Assembly: GCA_036172245.1 (NCBI GenBank)
Contig: JAYWIR010000046.1
Coordinates: 372,001-436,000 of the forward strand
DNA: 64,000 nt
Reading direction: 5' to 3'
Source of the DNA: Raillietiella orientalis
Lineage: Eukaryota
In this document: piece after piece, positions 25,561 to 38,500 of the stretch
Layout of the letters: each line of letters opens with the position of its first letter
Position numbering within the stretch: position 1 is the first letter of the stretch
Position numbers and translations under genes: made by a program
The notes under the pieces: generated by a model
What the model was told of the DNA's origin: nothing
What the model saw: the letters and a program-made list of their open reading frames with translations, nothing else
Databases searched by the model: none

Positions 25561-28219
25561 AATTCTTGCATTAGGAATCTTTGGAGTAGCCGATATCGTT
25601 GCAAGATCGCAAGATGCTTGCCCAAACATTGCGACCAATAGCAAGCAAGCAATTAAGTGGTCTCCTTAACGATTCGCTCGCTTCTGTTTTGAAGATACGT
25701 TTAGATCTATATGCATTTATTGCTCGAATTCATTCTCAGGTCATTAAGTAGCATTACAATCGTATAACAAGTAGGAAGCATCTGAAGTCCTTACTCCTCA
25801 TGTAACAAAGTGCATTTAGATTATTTGGAAAGCATGAATTTGATCACAGTGAAATCTTAGATGAACGTGCGAGAGAAACCGAATGAGTCCATAAAAAAGA
25901 AAAAAATGTGCGAAATGAAAAAAAAGCAATCCGAGAAGGTAGAACGAAAGCACCAAAGATTGAGAAATGCTGCACAAAAAAAGATAAGCTGAAATTACAA
26001 ATAATTCGGTGTCTGATTTTCCCAGTGAAATATTACCGATCAGGGAGTCTTTTTTATCCGACGGCTTCAAACTTTCAAGGGTGATAGCAATACAATATTA
26101 TCGTGTTTCTGTTTTGACTCCACAGATCTGCACCCTCATCTGTGAAAGGCAGTCGCTGGATTCTGGGTACGTCTGCAAGGCAAGAAATTTTCACGCGCAA
26201 ATCGTGGGCGTTTGAGTGGAGAATGACTGCTGAGGGAATAACCAGATCCACGTTGAAAGAGATTTCCAGCGTGAAGCATATGAAGCATAATCGACATATT
26301 TTCCTGAACTCTTCACATCACAGTGCCTCTCTGTGTTTATAGAGTCTTTGAGTTATCTCAACTCTTGCTCTGTGCTGACATACTTGGACCACATGAATAC
26401 AACAATTCCTGGAACCGAGAAAGGCAGGATTAATTGAATAATTGCTTCCATCTGATAAAAGTGAAGCTCGTAGAGGTGCATCTCACCGCCTTTGTTCGAT
26501 GAAAACAAGGGTTGCATCTGTTTATTTCGTCATTATTTTTGTTCTCGTTGTTGCATCGAGCTGAAACTTTGGATTCTCGCCATGTGGCTATGCGGGAAAT
26601 GTTTGCATTCCTGATGATTAGTCTCTTCTTCCTCATCGGTTCCAGTAGAAATTAAAGTACAGATGTGCCTGGTGGACGCGCCTCTTGCATGCGTGCTCTA
26701 TCCGAGTCACCCTACGCATTTTGTATTGCATTTTTGTCTCTCGACCAAAAATCTTCCTCGTGGAAGGGTGAAATGGAGACGCTACTCGCTCACATGGTCT
26801 CAATTTTTTCTCACAACTTCCCTCCGTTTCTGCTATCTGGAGATCAGAGCTTGCATTCCTTGCTCGCTGAAATCTTTGCCTCGTTACCATCCCTTTGCTC
26901 TCTTTCGCTGAGCCGACCAGGTGAGAGTCTGAAACGGAAGGAGATTATCCTCATCCGCTCTCCCAACTGGCTCAAGATTCGAAACCAACGTTTGTTTTTC
27001 TGAATCTTGTCTTCCTGAGTTGACGCTAGTGGAACGAACAGGAAATAGACTTTTGTGCATTGCTGTTCCCTAATTGCTACGCTCGCATTTCCCTTACGGA
27101 TTCCGAGGTGCTCTTTCCTGAGAAGGACTGCTGACTGGCTCTAGAGTCCATCGTTACCACGTCTGAGCATCGTTGGAGGGTCAAGGCCGAGCTTCGGCGT
27201 CCACTGCGTAGCTTGCCATCGAGCTTTGTGTGCCTCTTTCTCCTAACATCTAGAATGCTTCCGCCAATAGCTTAGTCTTACGTAGGGTTTTTTTTTTTTA
27301 GACGTTCCCGAATATTCTCCAGTTTCCTCTCTCTGTGACTCGCTCCCCTATCGGACTCACTCCGAACGTATGACATCCGGTCCAGCGTCTCGAAGCTGCA
27401 TTTTTGAGACGGAAAATGTTCAAAAATAATGCTCCACCAGTTCTTTCCGTTTTCGATTATTTTTGGCGAACGAAAAAAGCCATAAGGACAAACAAAAAAA
27501 AAAACTACTGACTGCCTCTAGCAGTTGTGTCGGTTGGTATGCAGTTCGTTGCTGATAGAAAACAGCCTCGTCTCATCTTCAAACCAAACTATGTTATATC
27601 AGCCGGAGACAGATATGATCTTTTCAGCACAAATATTCTCTTTCTCTCTCTCTCTCCCTACCGAAAAGTTGGAGAACGGTGGAAAAAGGTGAGCTTCTTC
27701 TTTTCTCTAGCTTTTGGATAAGTTGAAAGAGAAAGAGATGAAAAATCCGTGATGAAAAGACCATCTCCGTCTCCGGCTGATGTGATGTGGAGACGGTTTG
27801 ATGAATGCAGTCTTACCTTTTTCCATCCAACTCTTGATGTGTCAAGACATGGGAGAACAGGAACTTTAGTCTCTTTGTTTACAAAAAAAAAGGCGCGTCC
27901 GTTGTTCGACGGGAACCACTTTTCGTGGTGTCGTATTTCATGAGAGAAAGCATCTTTATTTGCTTTTAAGAGTGTGCTCCAGTCGGATCCGCAAATCGCA
28001 ATTCGCCGCTTTCTTTGACGACCACATTTCTTCGTAGTCTTCAGTGGCCTACGGAATCCCCGCCTAAATCCTGTCCAGCCTCTTCAGCAGAATTCGAATT
28101 TTTCGAAGCCCGCAGTTTTGGTGGTTCGTGTTTACTTAGGAGTGAGGAAAAAATTCTGATCTTTGAACACCGCGTCCTTGGTAAGTGCCTCCCATACCAG
28201 TGTCTTTATGTTTGACTTG

Positions 28220-30900
28220 CACACCCACTGAAATACAGGGGGTATGTGATCCTGAGGGGAAAGTCGGTAGATGCCCGTATTTTCAGGCCGTGGCTTTATT
28301 GTAATAATAAAATGTATTTCAACAATAAAACATTCAAAAAAGAAATAAAAATTTTTTTTTGCACTTCGCAGGAGTTCAATCACTCCAAATCGGTAAATCA
28401 CGGAGGATATCGCTCCGGGAAGCAGTCGGCGGAGGATCACACAGGGAGAAACAGTGAGGAGATAAACAAGAAATAGATAGTAGTCAAAGACAGGAAGTTT
28501 TGAAATGTATGGGAGGTTAGGGAAGTGATCACAGAGCTCTCCTTGGGGTCCTTTGCATCCTCTCAAGGATGCCGGCAAGCTCTCCCTGGTTGCATCTTAA
28601 GTGAACCCATTTCACTGCGATCCTCAGGAAATATAATACCAAGGAGGTGGCATTCCCAGTCCTTCTGCCCTCTGTCGGCGGTGCTTTCGGCCGCCACGAT
28701 TTCGCGGACGAAGCACGAAGCCTCTGCCGGTCGTCGCTGCAAGCGACATGGAGTCACGCGTGTAAGAGGCGTCTGAATAAGGCCTTCAGGTGGTCTGGAA
28801 AGTTGAGGGACGTGATCGAACGTTCCCCACATACTGGAGGGCAGCACGTTATAAAAATAGGTGAGGGAATTTTTCCCTTCACCGCACCTGGCACAGTGTG
28901 GGGTCACGGTTCCCCTGGTCCAGTGGTGGAGGTGTGTGCGTTGCATGGGATGGCCCAATGCAGGGGTCGCAGAGCCGAGTCCTGCCACTTGAGGGGACGT
29001 ACGGAGCTGTCCAAGAAAATTGCGGGGATCTCCATTTCATCCTACGGGATTCCAAGGTTATCCGCCCAACGGAGAAGTCCTTTGGGAGGGGCGGCGGGGC
29101 TGGAAGATCAGCCAGCTGATGCGCTGTCCAACAGCCCAACCGTTTTTTTTCGTCCTGTAATGCTGCAAGACTACTGCCAACTTGCCGGCTGGTTGCCGTC
29201 GATGTTCTCCCGTAGGAACGGCATCGATGTGGTAAGTAGTGTTCTTTCAGCTCACGAGGTCTTCCTTGGGCTCTCGATTATTCCCTTCAGCGAGCAGCGA
29301 GCGTGTCTGCAGTACAGCACACCTTGTGCTCCCTCCAAACTCGTCCCGTTTATCTTCGCCCACGTCTGAACTGTTTCCTGTTTCTAGGCACTACAGTTTG
29401 GGGCGAGCAGCAGACCCAGTTGCGGTACTGAGCCAAGGCAAACATCTGTCGAAGCTGATACCCGCATCGGGACAGCCTTCGATGGCAGTAGATAAAGAAG
29501 GACGTTAGCCTCCGAGACGGCTGCTCGGAAGCTACTCGCTTGGCCTGGATCCGAGAAGGGACGCACTAATGGGTGTCCAAAACTTCGCCGTTAGGGCTAA
29601 TCTACGAGACTGGAGCTGCCGTTCCATACTCCCCAGCGTCGTGACGCCGAATACGGCGTCCTGACACAAGTCCTTCAAGCTGACTAAGGATCCCTGCTTG
29701 TCCCGGAAGGCTTTTCTCAGAAGTACCTTTTCATCTCTCTTGACATCTTTGGGAGGGAAGAAAACAAAAAGCAGGAATCGGGGGACGGGGACCACGAACG
29801 TGTTTCATATACAGCCCGTTCCGGCAAGAGAAACTCGCCATCCTGGAACGAGCTGAGAGCAGGTTCTACCTTCTAAAGGCAGCTGGTCCACGCCTCCGCC
29901 GGGGAGAAACCCTCCAACGGTACACTGAGGTACTTGAAGTGCTGAACCGCGGGGATCCTCAAGCGGCTCCAAACGAGTCCAACCTGGGCACCGGACACGC
30001 GGACGATTTCGTCCTATTCACAACCACGATGGCACCGCTATGGATCAGCTCGATGAATTGCTCGAGCGATGCCGCTGAGGTTGACATGGGTAGCAGGACC
30101 AGCAGGTCGTCAGCACAAGCCGACACGGTAGGCGTGCCGGTGCGCGAGCTCGGCAAGGTGGTGGCCAGAAGCCCCCGGTATGCTCACAGCACCTACTCGA
30201 ACTGGGTTCTGAAGAGCAGGGGACTCGGACTGTCACCCTGCCGAATACCCCGCCGCACCGGCACCCCGAAACCCTTCTGACCTCTGGAATGAATGTTGAC
30301 CGGTATGTGGCGCCAGCTAGAACGCAGATGTGCCAGGAAGGCTGCTGGAAATCCTGTAGATTCCTGTACGTGGATCGAGATGTGATATAAGTTGAGGAGT
30401 CCTTTCCGGCAGTCCAGCGAGGCAGCAACCAGGCAGTTTTCAACCCTTTGCTTCTCGCTTCCCGCATCTCCACATTTCAGCGCTTTCCTTTAGCTTTAGT
30501 GTTGTCCCACTTAGCCAAGAGCGCCATGGCACGTAAAGAAAACTCGCTCTGTAGCTGACTCCATGTATCTTATCCAGAGAAGCTCGAGACTCTGGAGTTA
30601 AGATCTGACCATTTCTCGCAGAACCGATTTTCATTTTGGTCAGGAGCGAGCTCATGTCAGGAATCATCTGCTTTTCCGGAATTTTTTTTTTTTAAGTAGG
30701 AAATGTGGACATCTGTCCAGACGGTCTGAAAGGGAAAAGCTGAAAGGCTAAGCTGAAACGGAAAGCGCTATTCCCACTCGAGCATGACATTCCACATTTT
30801 GTCTAACAGTGGAAAGCGGCTTTCTGTGCCCAGTCCGTGAAGTCCACTTTCGAATGGAATGCGAGGAGGATTCGAAGCTCGGCTGCTAGATTCCTCTGGA
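28220..30900 (-). mobile_element. 5'-truncated, decayed L1/Tx1-like non-LTR retrotransposon (RT, thumb, C-terminal zinc finger, 3' UTR)
   Basis: RT motifs across frameshifts: FLYVPWRS, LDCRKG, GIRQGDSPSPLLF (about 30215-30252), SACADDLLVLL (about 30090-30123), SGAIVVVNRTKS and FKYLSVPL (about 29915-29938). C-terminal HCARCGEG at about 28860-28900. AATAAA on the minus strand at about 28295-28300. Confidence 0.9.
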
Positions 30901-31959
30901 AAATAAATTATCCGTCTTCTTCAAGCTGAACTGCTTCTTCCGCCCAATCTTCACGGTTAGAATAAACACGTCATCACGGCCGACCAGCCAGTAGGCCTGA
31001 CTTCATGGATTGCCGCAAAAATCCATCCCGTCTTTCTACCGATCGGCTCCAAAAGATGGCATCTGATGAATGCAACCTCCTTGAAGTGCTTGTAGTAAGC
31101 GCATCTCAACGCACTGTATGGCATAACTCCTTCGTTCCTATTCCTAGGTTTTGAACAGCACCGTAGTGACCCCTCTGAGATGCGACCCTTTGGTCGATCT
31201 GAAGGATCCAGGGAACTCGGGGATTTACTAGCTACGAAGTACCAACGAGGGAAGTTCCACTCACTTTAAAAGGCGCGTTCTCTTCTGCCAGTGTTGAACG
31301 GGCTGAGTCTTTCTGAATCACTTGCGAAGCGAGGTGCCATCTCAAAACCTTCACAGCTGTTTCAACCAAACAGCGGTGTTGTGTTTTTCGAGATGTTGCA
31401 ATATGAGGTCTGTCTATGTTGTGCAGTCATGTCATGGATTCCCTTTCCGGATGATATGTGCGGGATCTAATTCTTCTCATCCTTGTGGTTATTATTTGTT
31501 TGTTTTACGATTCACAAATTGTCGGCGTGCTCACAGATGGGGTTCGCGGCATCGGTAATGACTTTCTTTCCAAGATTCCGTTGGAAGCAAACAGGAACAG
31601 ATATGAATGATTGAAAAATCTGTGCCTTAATCTGAAAGAGACAGAAATGAATGATTATTCCCAAGAGAAATTAGCGCTGAATGCAGTTTATGAATTTTTG
31701 CTTTGAGAATTTTATTAATACCTATTTTCGCAGCTTGTTTTATCTTCTTGCTGTCCCAAATATCGATTTTTTAATTAGAGAAACTATTCGGGCCTTTTCC
31801 AAACAGTACTTCCATTTTTTGAATTTCCATGTCTTTGCCGTTTGTTCGTCCTTCTGCCTTTTGAAGAGAAAAATATGAAATAAGCTGGAAAATCATTTTA
31901 ACCATTTAGAGATGATTATTTCAATAATTTTCCTATTAAAACGAGTGTTATTTTGGGTT

Positions 31960-32520
31960 TCTCAAGTTTCCTTTGGATCGTTTCAAATTCTGCATCTTTC
32001 GCTTAATGTCATGTTAGAGAAAATGGCACGTCTGAACTTAAATCTTGAAGTTACAGGACGAGTGTCATGGAGACTGTCAAACAGCCGCCCGTCCTTCTCG
32101 TGAGTTTGCGGGATGTCAGAATTATCTCGTGCCCTAAGGCGATCAAGGGTAGTGAACGACTGCATATCCTTTCGAATCATGGAAATCTTGGAATCTAGAA
32201 TTCATTTCGTCGGAAAAGGCCATCTCTCCTCTGCTAGCAAGAAGTGGATTCAAAGAAGTTCAGAACGTTTCTCTGAAGCACTTTGGGACCAGTCGCTTTC
32301 CAGGGAAGCATTTCTCTCTTCGTGTTGTGATGCAGTCGTCAGTATCTTCTCCCCACAAAAAAAGGCAGAGAAGGATTTTCGAGTTTGGAAAAGGTTGCCT
32401 CTGTCTAAAAAAGCCTCTAATTACCAGGCAGGGTTGTGAAGGAGTGGTACTCTGCATCGGCCAATCAAGAGGATGCCTCCGTCTACTCGATCTTCCGGAA
32501 GTAATCAACAGCTCTTTGAA
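31960..32520 (-). mobile_element. Possible Penelope-like element RT remnant
   Basis: DWPMQSTTP (GxxMGSPxSP-like), FLWGEDTDDC (WxRYVDD-like), ILDSKISMIR...TTLDR (FLDxxIxR...TxVYRK-like) and PQTH...FDSLH (KPTH...FxSxHP-like), in the right order and spacing. Confidence 0.4.
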
Positions 32521-35500
32521 GCACCTCATGTCGCCGTGACGGGACATGAGGAGTTGTGCGGGACTCAGTTTCTCTAAAGATGAAATTTTACCCAGAGGTC
32601 AAAAAGAGACTAAGTTTCATCACATACACTACTAAGATGAACCTCAATCTCCTGTGGATGAGGATAAACCTGATGCGATCCGATTAGCATGGATGTAACG
32701 TAATCGATGCGCTTCAGCTCAGGGATCTTAATGCCACCACTGTCATAAGTGCAGACTTTCCTCTTTTCTTTATTACGATACACACTCTTTCATCCTCCTC
32801 TCACGCAGACTCTCCCCTAAGAGGGCAACGCATCGTTTCTGAGGTTGACATCTCGAGCAGTTGGATTTCGGATGGTTGCTGCATTTTCAAATGCCGACAA
32901 AATTCTCAAATGGCCACCCGAAAGGCGTTGATAAAACTCGCAGTTTTTATGGGTGCTGCTCACTTCGTAGTCGTAGTAAATCCTGCACCTCTCTTGCTTG
33001 AATCGCTGACATGCGATCTGGATGTACAGCTGCAATCAATATTTTTTCAGACTGTAAATATTACTGCTTCACGCAGCTTCTGCTTGGCAACACCAAGTGT
33101 TTACTCTATTTCCATTCCAAGTAGTCAATCAGTCCGAGTCTTAGGTGCTTACACAGGTGGAAAGAGAATCGCCCGAGTTTCACGGTTGTTCAGGTGTTTA
33201 AATTTCAGAATCAATCTATAGTCGATATTCTCCTGGAAACTCCTAGATGAAAATCTTTCTTGCTACAGTATCCTGAAATTGGTCCGAAGGCGTATCCAGG
33301 TACCGACAGTATCACGAACCGGCCCTGTTGCTCTGCCATGCATGTCAGTGATACTGTTGGATTCCTATGTCCATGTATGAGCTCAGTTTCCACTTTCTGT
33401 GTGTCTCTTGAACCAAAGACTCTTTAGGGGTTCCTAGCTCATCTCTTTGTCTTGAGCAGGTCTTAGAATGCTATCTTGCCGTATCCTTGAAAATCTGTTC
33501 TATTTGAGGAGAGTACAGAAAAAACTCAAGAAATCTACTCATCGGCTTTTCAGTGTGTTTGGCTGACGGCAGGTAGACTTTATGCATCTTCCCAAATTAA
33601 AATTAATAAGGCTAGGGAGCACCGGATTCTTATGTGGAAGAAGCACGCATCATGTATGTCTCCCTCAAGTTCCTGCCACGAACTTTACAAGATAATTCCG
33701 TAATTCGTCGCCACACACCTGACATCCATCACAAAAGTTTCCCCAGCTTAGCTTGAGTTCGGAGAACTTGTTTTCTCCTTTTGTGGATCATGTAGTCATA
33801 TATGATCATAGTGAGCACACGTCCGCGCGTGACCTTGCCAGCTAACAGTGAGGAGACACGCTAGATTATTCAAGAGGGTCACCTATTAAATTTGAGTTTA
33901 CTCTCTCACAGGCTCATAAAATATGGGGATCGTGAGTTTTTAACTAGGAAGCGCACCCTCACTGATGGAAAAATTGCTGAAAGTGGAGAATCAGCGAAGG
34001 AACAGAAAGGGACTTCACATCCCACAAATAAAATGCGTTTCAGACGGAATCCACTGAATATCCTCGGTTGCCTTGGTCCCTCTCTTTTCTTTTTTTCCTG
34101 ATGATTTCTCGCGGGAATTCTCGTGATGTCATAGAATTGAGGGCTACACTCAGGAGAAGGAGTAGAAAGGATGAAATCAGTATTTAGGGAACACATAAGG
34201 ATGTTATTGGCACGCTAAAAAAGTTTTGTTTGGTCGAGTCACCTTATATGGTTGCACTCAAACCATGTGAAGACATTTGCTCGCTCACATGGTCACAGGC
34301 AAGTGCAGATGGCGACCTAACCAAAAGCTTTCTAACACGCATTCGCGAAGTGAGATGCTGGCTTTCCTTCACATTTCAAGCAAGTTGGAGACTTTGAATG
34401 ACGAATCAAGCAGAAAACATGGACAATCCGCAATTGAGTACGTATCAAAGAATGATGATGAGTAATTCGTGCCTGTGCAAACGATGAATGAAGTGCTTCC
34501 TTTCAGAAGATTGGACTTGTCGATATGTAGTAACTGGCTTCTCTTAAAGGAAGAGTAGCTATTTTTATTCCTAGCACTCACCACACTGCGTGAGCTGAAA
34601 GCTACGAAAATCATGGGAGGATTAGGCTAGATAGGGATTTTTATAAGTGGGGGCTGGAAAACCCTTTTGATAGTGGATTCTTTCCTGCAACTATCTCGAA
34701 ACACGTTCCTGTTACTCAATAATTAAGTTCCGTGGTCCTTTTTCACTTTCCTGTGGCCCGAGATCGGATCGCAGCCACAAATCGACAAGGCTATTCAGAC
34801 TGTTCATTATCTTCAGATATCACAAGCAGTTAGAAAACCTGTAAAACGGAATTAATAAGAACAGATGGCACAGAAGGGAGATGTTTTAGAATAATGCTGA
34901 ATATGCATACTGATGGCAAGAAGAACCAGTCTACAATCTATATGCTTTCAAAGGAGGAATGTTCCAAGATGTACTACCATGGAGGTACAGGAATTGATGC
35001 TCAACCAAGCAGTTACTTATAGAGACCATCTCAAGAGTCTCAGTTGCGATCATTCTGAAGACATGATATGACGTTATTTGCTGGTTCATGTGAATTAAGG
35101 AAGCCAATCAGCACTAGAAAAATAATTCGACTGCTGCAAATTGCCTGGCTTTCGTGTGAAGCTCCCATTCGGTTTCACACAAATTTCAAGGTTCCTAGTA
35201 ACCGCTCATTGACACTGTCTGTTGATAATTGGAAAACGGGATTTTCCTCAGCCATTTGCTTGCAAATGGAAGGAAATTCCTCGAAAAATTAACGATCAAC
35301 AATCTAGATGGATGAATCTGAATCATGAATGGATTTCTTTCCCTTTTAGAAACATGGGAGATTCGTAAGATGGTTGCAGCAATGGCAAAGTAGCGATTTC
35401 CTCAGGACCTGCGCCCGTGTCCTCATTGGATGAATTCACTTTTCCGGTGCAGATGAAGCTGCCAAGAAATTGCAGTTGAGTGCACAAGAGAAGAACACAG

Positions 35501-38500
35501 GAGCTAATGCAGCCTTATGAATGTTGACGATTGCAGTTGACTAAACTCTTCAGACGCCTAGTCCTTTTGTGTGCCTTTTTTTTCCGTTCTTTTTCATTTG
35601 CTTTTCTCCAAAAAGAAATGTTTTTCTTATTCGAGGGCATGTATGGCAGCTAATCCATTCTGATAGTTTGCTTTGTCAATTCGTGTCCCTTGAACTTTGT
35701 ATTCTCGGAGCTAGAATATTATTATAAACACACAACAGAACCATTCTCCTCCTCCCCTCAAAATTTCCTAGCTCGAAACCTCAGAACACCACTCCTATTG
35801 AACTTTCTGATTTTTACTTCTGGGATCTTGAATCACTCCGAAAACTCGAGACATTCCATTGATGCTCTACAAATTTACCCTTCTTCGATTCCATTCCTAT
35901 CCGCTTAATGTTGAGACAGAACCGTCCAAGTTAGAAATCTGCTTCTCTGTATTGGGAAACCTTGCAAGAAGGTTCACTATTCCTGGTGCATTACCAGATA
36001 GTGTCTTCATCTTCAAACTGTGGATGCGTTCATGAAGTGGAAGTCCGAGTGGAGCTCTTTTTTCCCTTGAACGGATCATCCATGATATTTGTTACACACT
36101 CGGACCGGGAACGAAACTTCTTGCAAACACAGATTTTGTTGTTGTAAATGTTGCTGGGAGGAGAGCTCTAAGCGAGCAATAAGTGCGAATGACCTCTCCG
36201 TTGAGTTTGCCAAGTCTATTCCGTCTAGAGCAGTAAATTCGAGAGCCGAAGTACTAATCTCGTTCCTGATTCTAACATCACATTCTGTGTTGGGAGAAGG
36301 ATCAGTTATTTCAATTTCTGTTCTGATGACCTAATTCCAGTAGAGCAACCATGAGCAGCATCCCCGATAGCACTCCGTTTAAAGACATCCCCCATAATAA
36401 CAGAACTTTCGGCTATTTCTCCATGCATCATGGGACATTTGAACAGTCTTCCTGCTTCATTGGCGATTCTCGAGACCCAAGATACTCTCGATTCTCTGGA
36501 ATCCCATGTTTCTCATACGTTTCCGACTATCCAAGAAATTCAGTTTTGGGATCACCTGTTCATCGCCCGGAAGGACCATAAATAGATGCACATATGTATT
36601 CACATTGCAGAATTTAATCTAATCTAACAACTCAGATTGGGAAAAACCAAACCCACTTAAACGTCTCCATTAGGCATTTCCCAGCTGCTCAAAGTCACGT
36701 GCTTCTTTAATGCCTTAGCAGAAAACATTGAACGACTGGTAGATAATTAGAACTGTAATCTAAATTTGCGAAACAAATGCCATCGTTTCTTCCATTAAAT
36801 GTTATCTTATCAAACTGTATGCAAATGAATGCACTTCTATTTTCTCCATGAAAGTGCACGCTCTACTTCTCGTTAAGTAATCTTTTCTTTCGAATGGAAA
36901 ATATGCACTTGTTGTTTCTTCTTGCATTCAGCTTCTGATGAGTCAATAATTGTATCTGTCATCTCACCTTGCTCTCAAAATTTTCTGTCGTGGAGAACTG
37001 AAAGCTCTTGATCCAGATAAGTTTTCTTTGCAAAGAAATTTCAGCAGCCATCGAGATTGCTTTTAGGAGCGATCTGCTGTTCCTGATTCTGTTCCACTGT
37101 TCCTTCAGAGTGAAGGAGTCTTTCTCATGAATCCAAAGTCTAAATGGTAATCGAAAAAATAAAAGAAGAAGAAAAATGGGTATGATTAATTTTTAAGAAA
37201 ATCTACTATTGGATGCTAGAAGAGTGGTGTTGGTGCTCCATGTCCAGATTCATTCACAAGTTTACTTTTCCCTTGAGAATGAAAGACTGCATTTTTATTA
37301 AGATAGTGTCCTTTAAATAATCTTAACAATCTGTTTATTGGGAATAAATCCTCTATTTGAAAATCAATGATTCATTTGCAGTAAATGGAAAATCACCACA
37401 GATGAAGGATCTCTTTTCGAGAATGCTATGGTTAAAAAAAACTGTCTTTTTCTCCTCAGAAGTGTGACAAATTGATTAATTGCTGCTTCACTTTATCTTC
37501 TGCTGGCAGCCAGGGCTGATCCAGAAATAGTCTATTAGAAGTTCCGTTATGGATGCATGGAAAACAGTCAAATCTTATGAGGGAGGAAAAATCACGATTT
37601 TACTTTTTGAAATTGCTCAGAGGGAGATGTTTCAGGGACTCTTTTACTTGATTTGCTTCATTTCTTCTCCCGAATGATTCGCATCTCACTGGTGCTACGA
37701 GAGCGGTGCAAGAGTGTTTCAATGACAAATGCATATTCTAAGAGCACGTTTGTATTTGAACCCACGTGCGCGTCCACAGAGATGCTCACGCGTGTCAAAT
37801 CTTCTTGGGTCATGATTTCGATAATGACATTGGTGTGCTTCTCGAGATTTCCGTAGTACTTCTATTTTTCTGCAGAGATTATGCTAAATGGATAAGGAAT
37901 TTGAGATTCTCTTTAGTTTTTTAAGGCAGAGAAAGGGCTAAAGCAAAAAAAAAAGGGCTAAGCCTTCAGGCATGGTAGATATTGTCCTCGGCTAATGCCG
38001 AGTTGGGAATCTTTTTTTCTTCTCTCTCTTCATTTCTTCAAGCAATTGTTTTCATCTTCATTCTGAGGTTTTATTCGGCATTATCCTGTCTCTTTACATG
38101 CACACAATATATGAATTTCATATCTCATCTGTAGAATGTTTATCTCTAGGTTAAAAAGCACATAAACGGAAAGCGTAGGAATCCATAACTGTGACTAAGA
38201 AGTTTGGTTTCGACAAAGTTGAAAGAATAAAGATGGAAGATAATTCTGATTATCTTGCATATTATCTTCCAGAGACCTAATTCGAAAGCACTTTTTGAAA
38301 ATAAAATCGTAAAGAGGAGTTCGCCTGTGCATGGAAACAAGCATCAACCTGCTTCGAATAATTGATGTCTTCTCTCTGGCACTTTCTTCTAGTCGAAGCT
38401 CTCTCTAGACGAGATGAATACATGGTAAATGGACATTAACTGCATGACATGTTCACTTAAGTAAATCTCATTAGATTATCATGCGATCATATCATACTCG

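Noticed and set aside
26450..27250. Possible further RT remnants here and at about 38.9-40.4 kb
   Set aside because: Only one or two very degenerate motifs each; not enough to call.
28647..29369. 240-aa plus-strand ORF
   Set aside because: Antisense shadow of the retrotransposon ORF2, with no recognisable domain.
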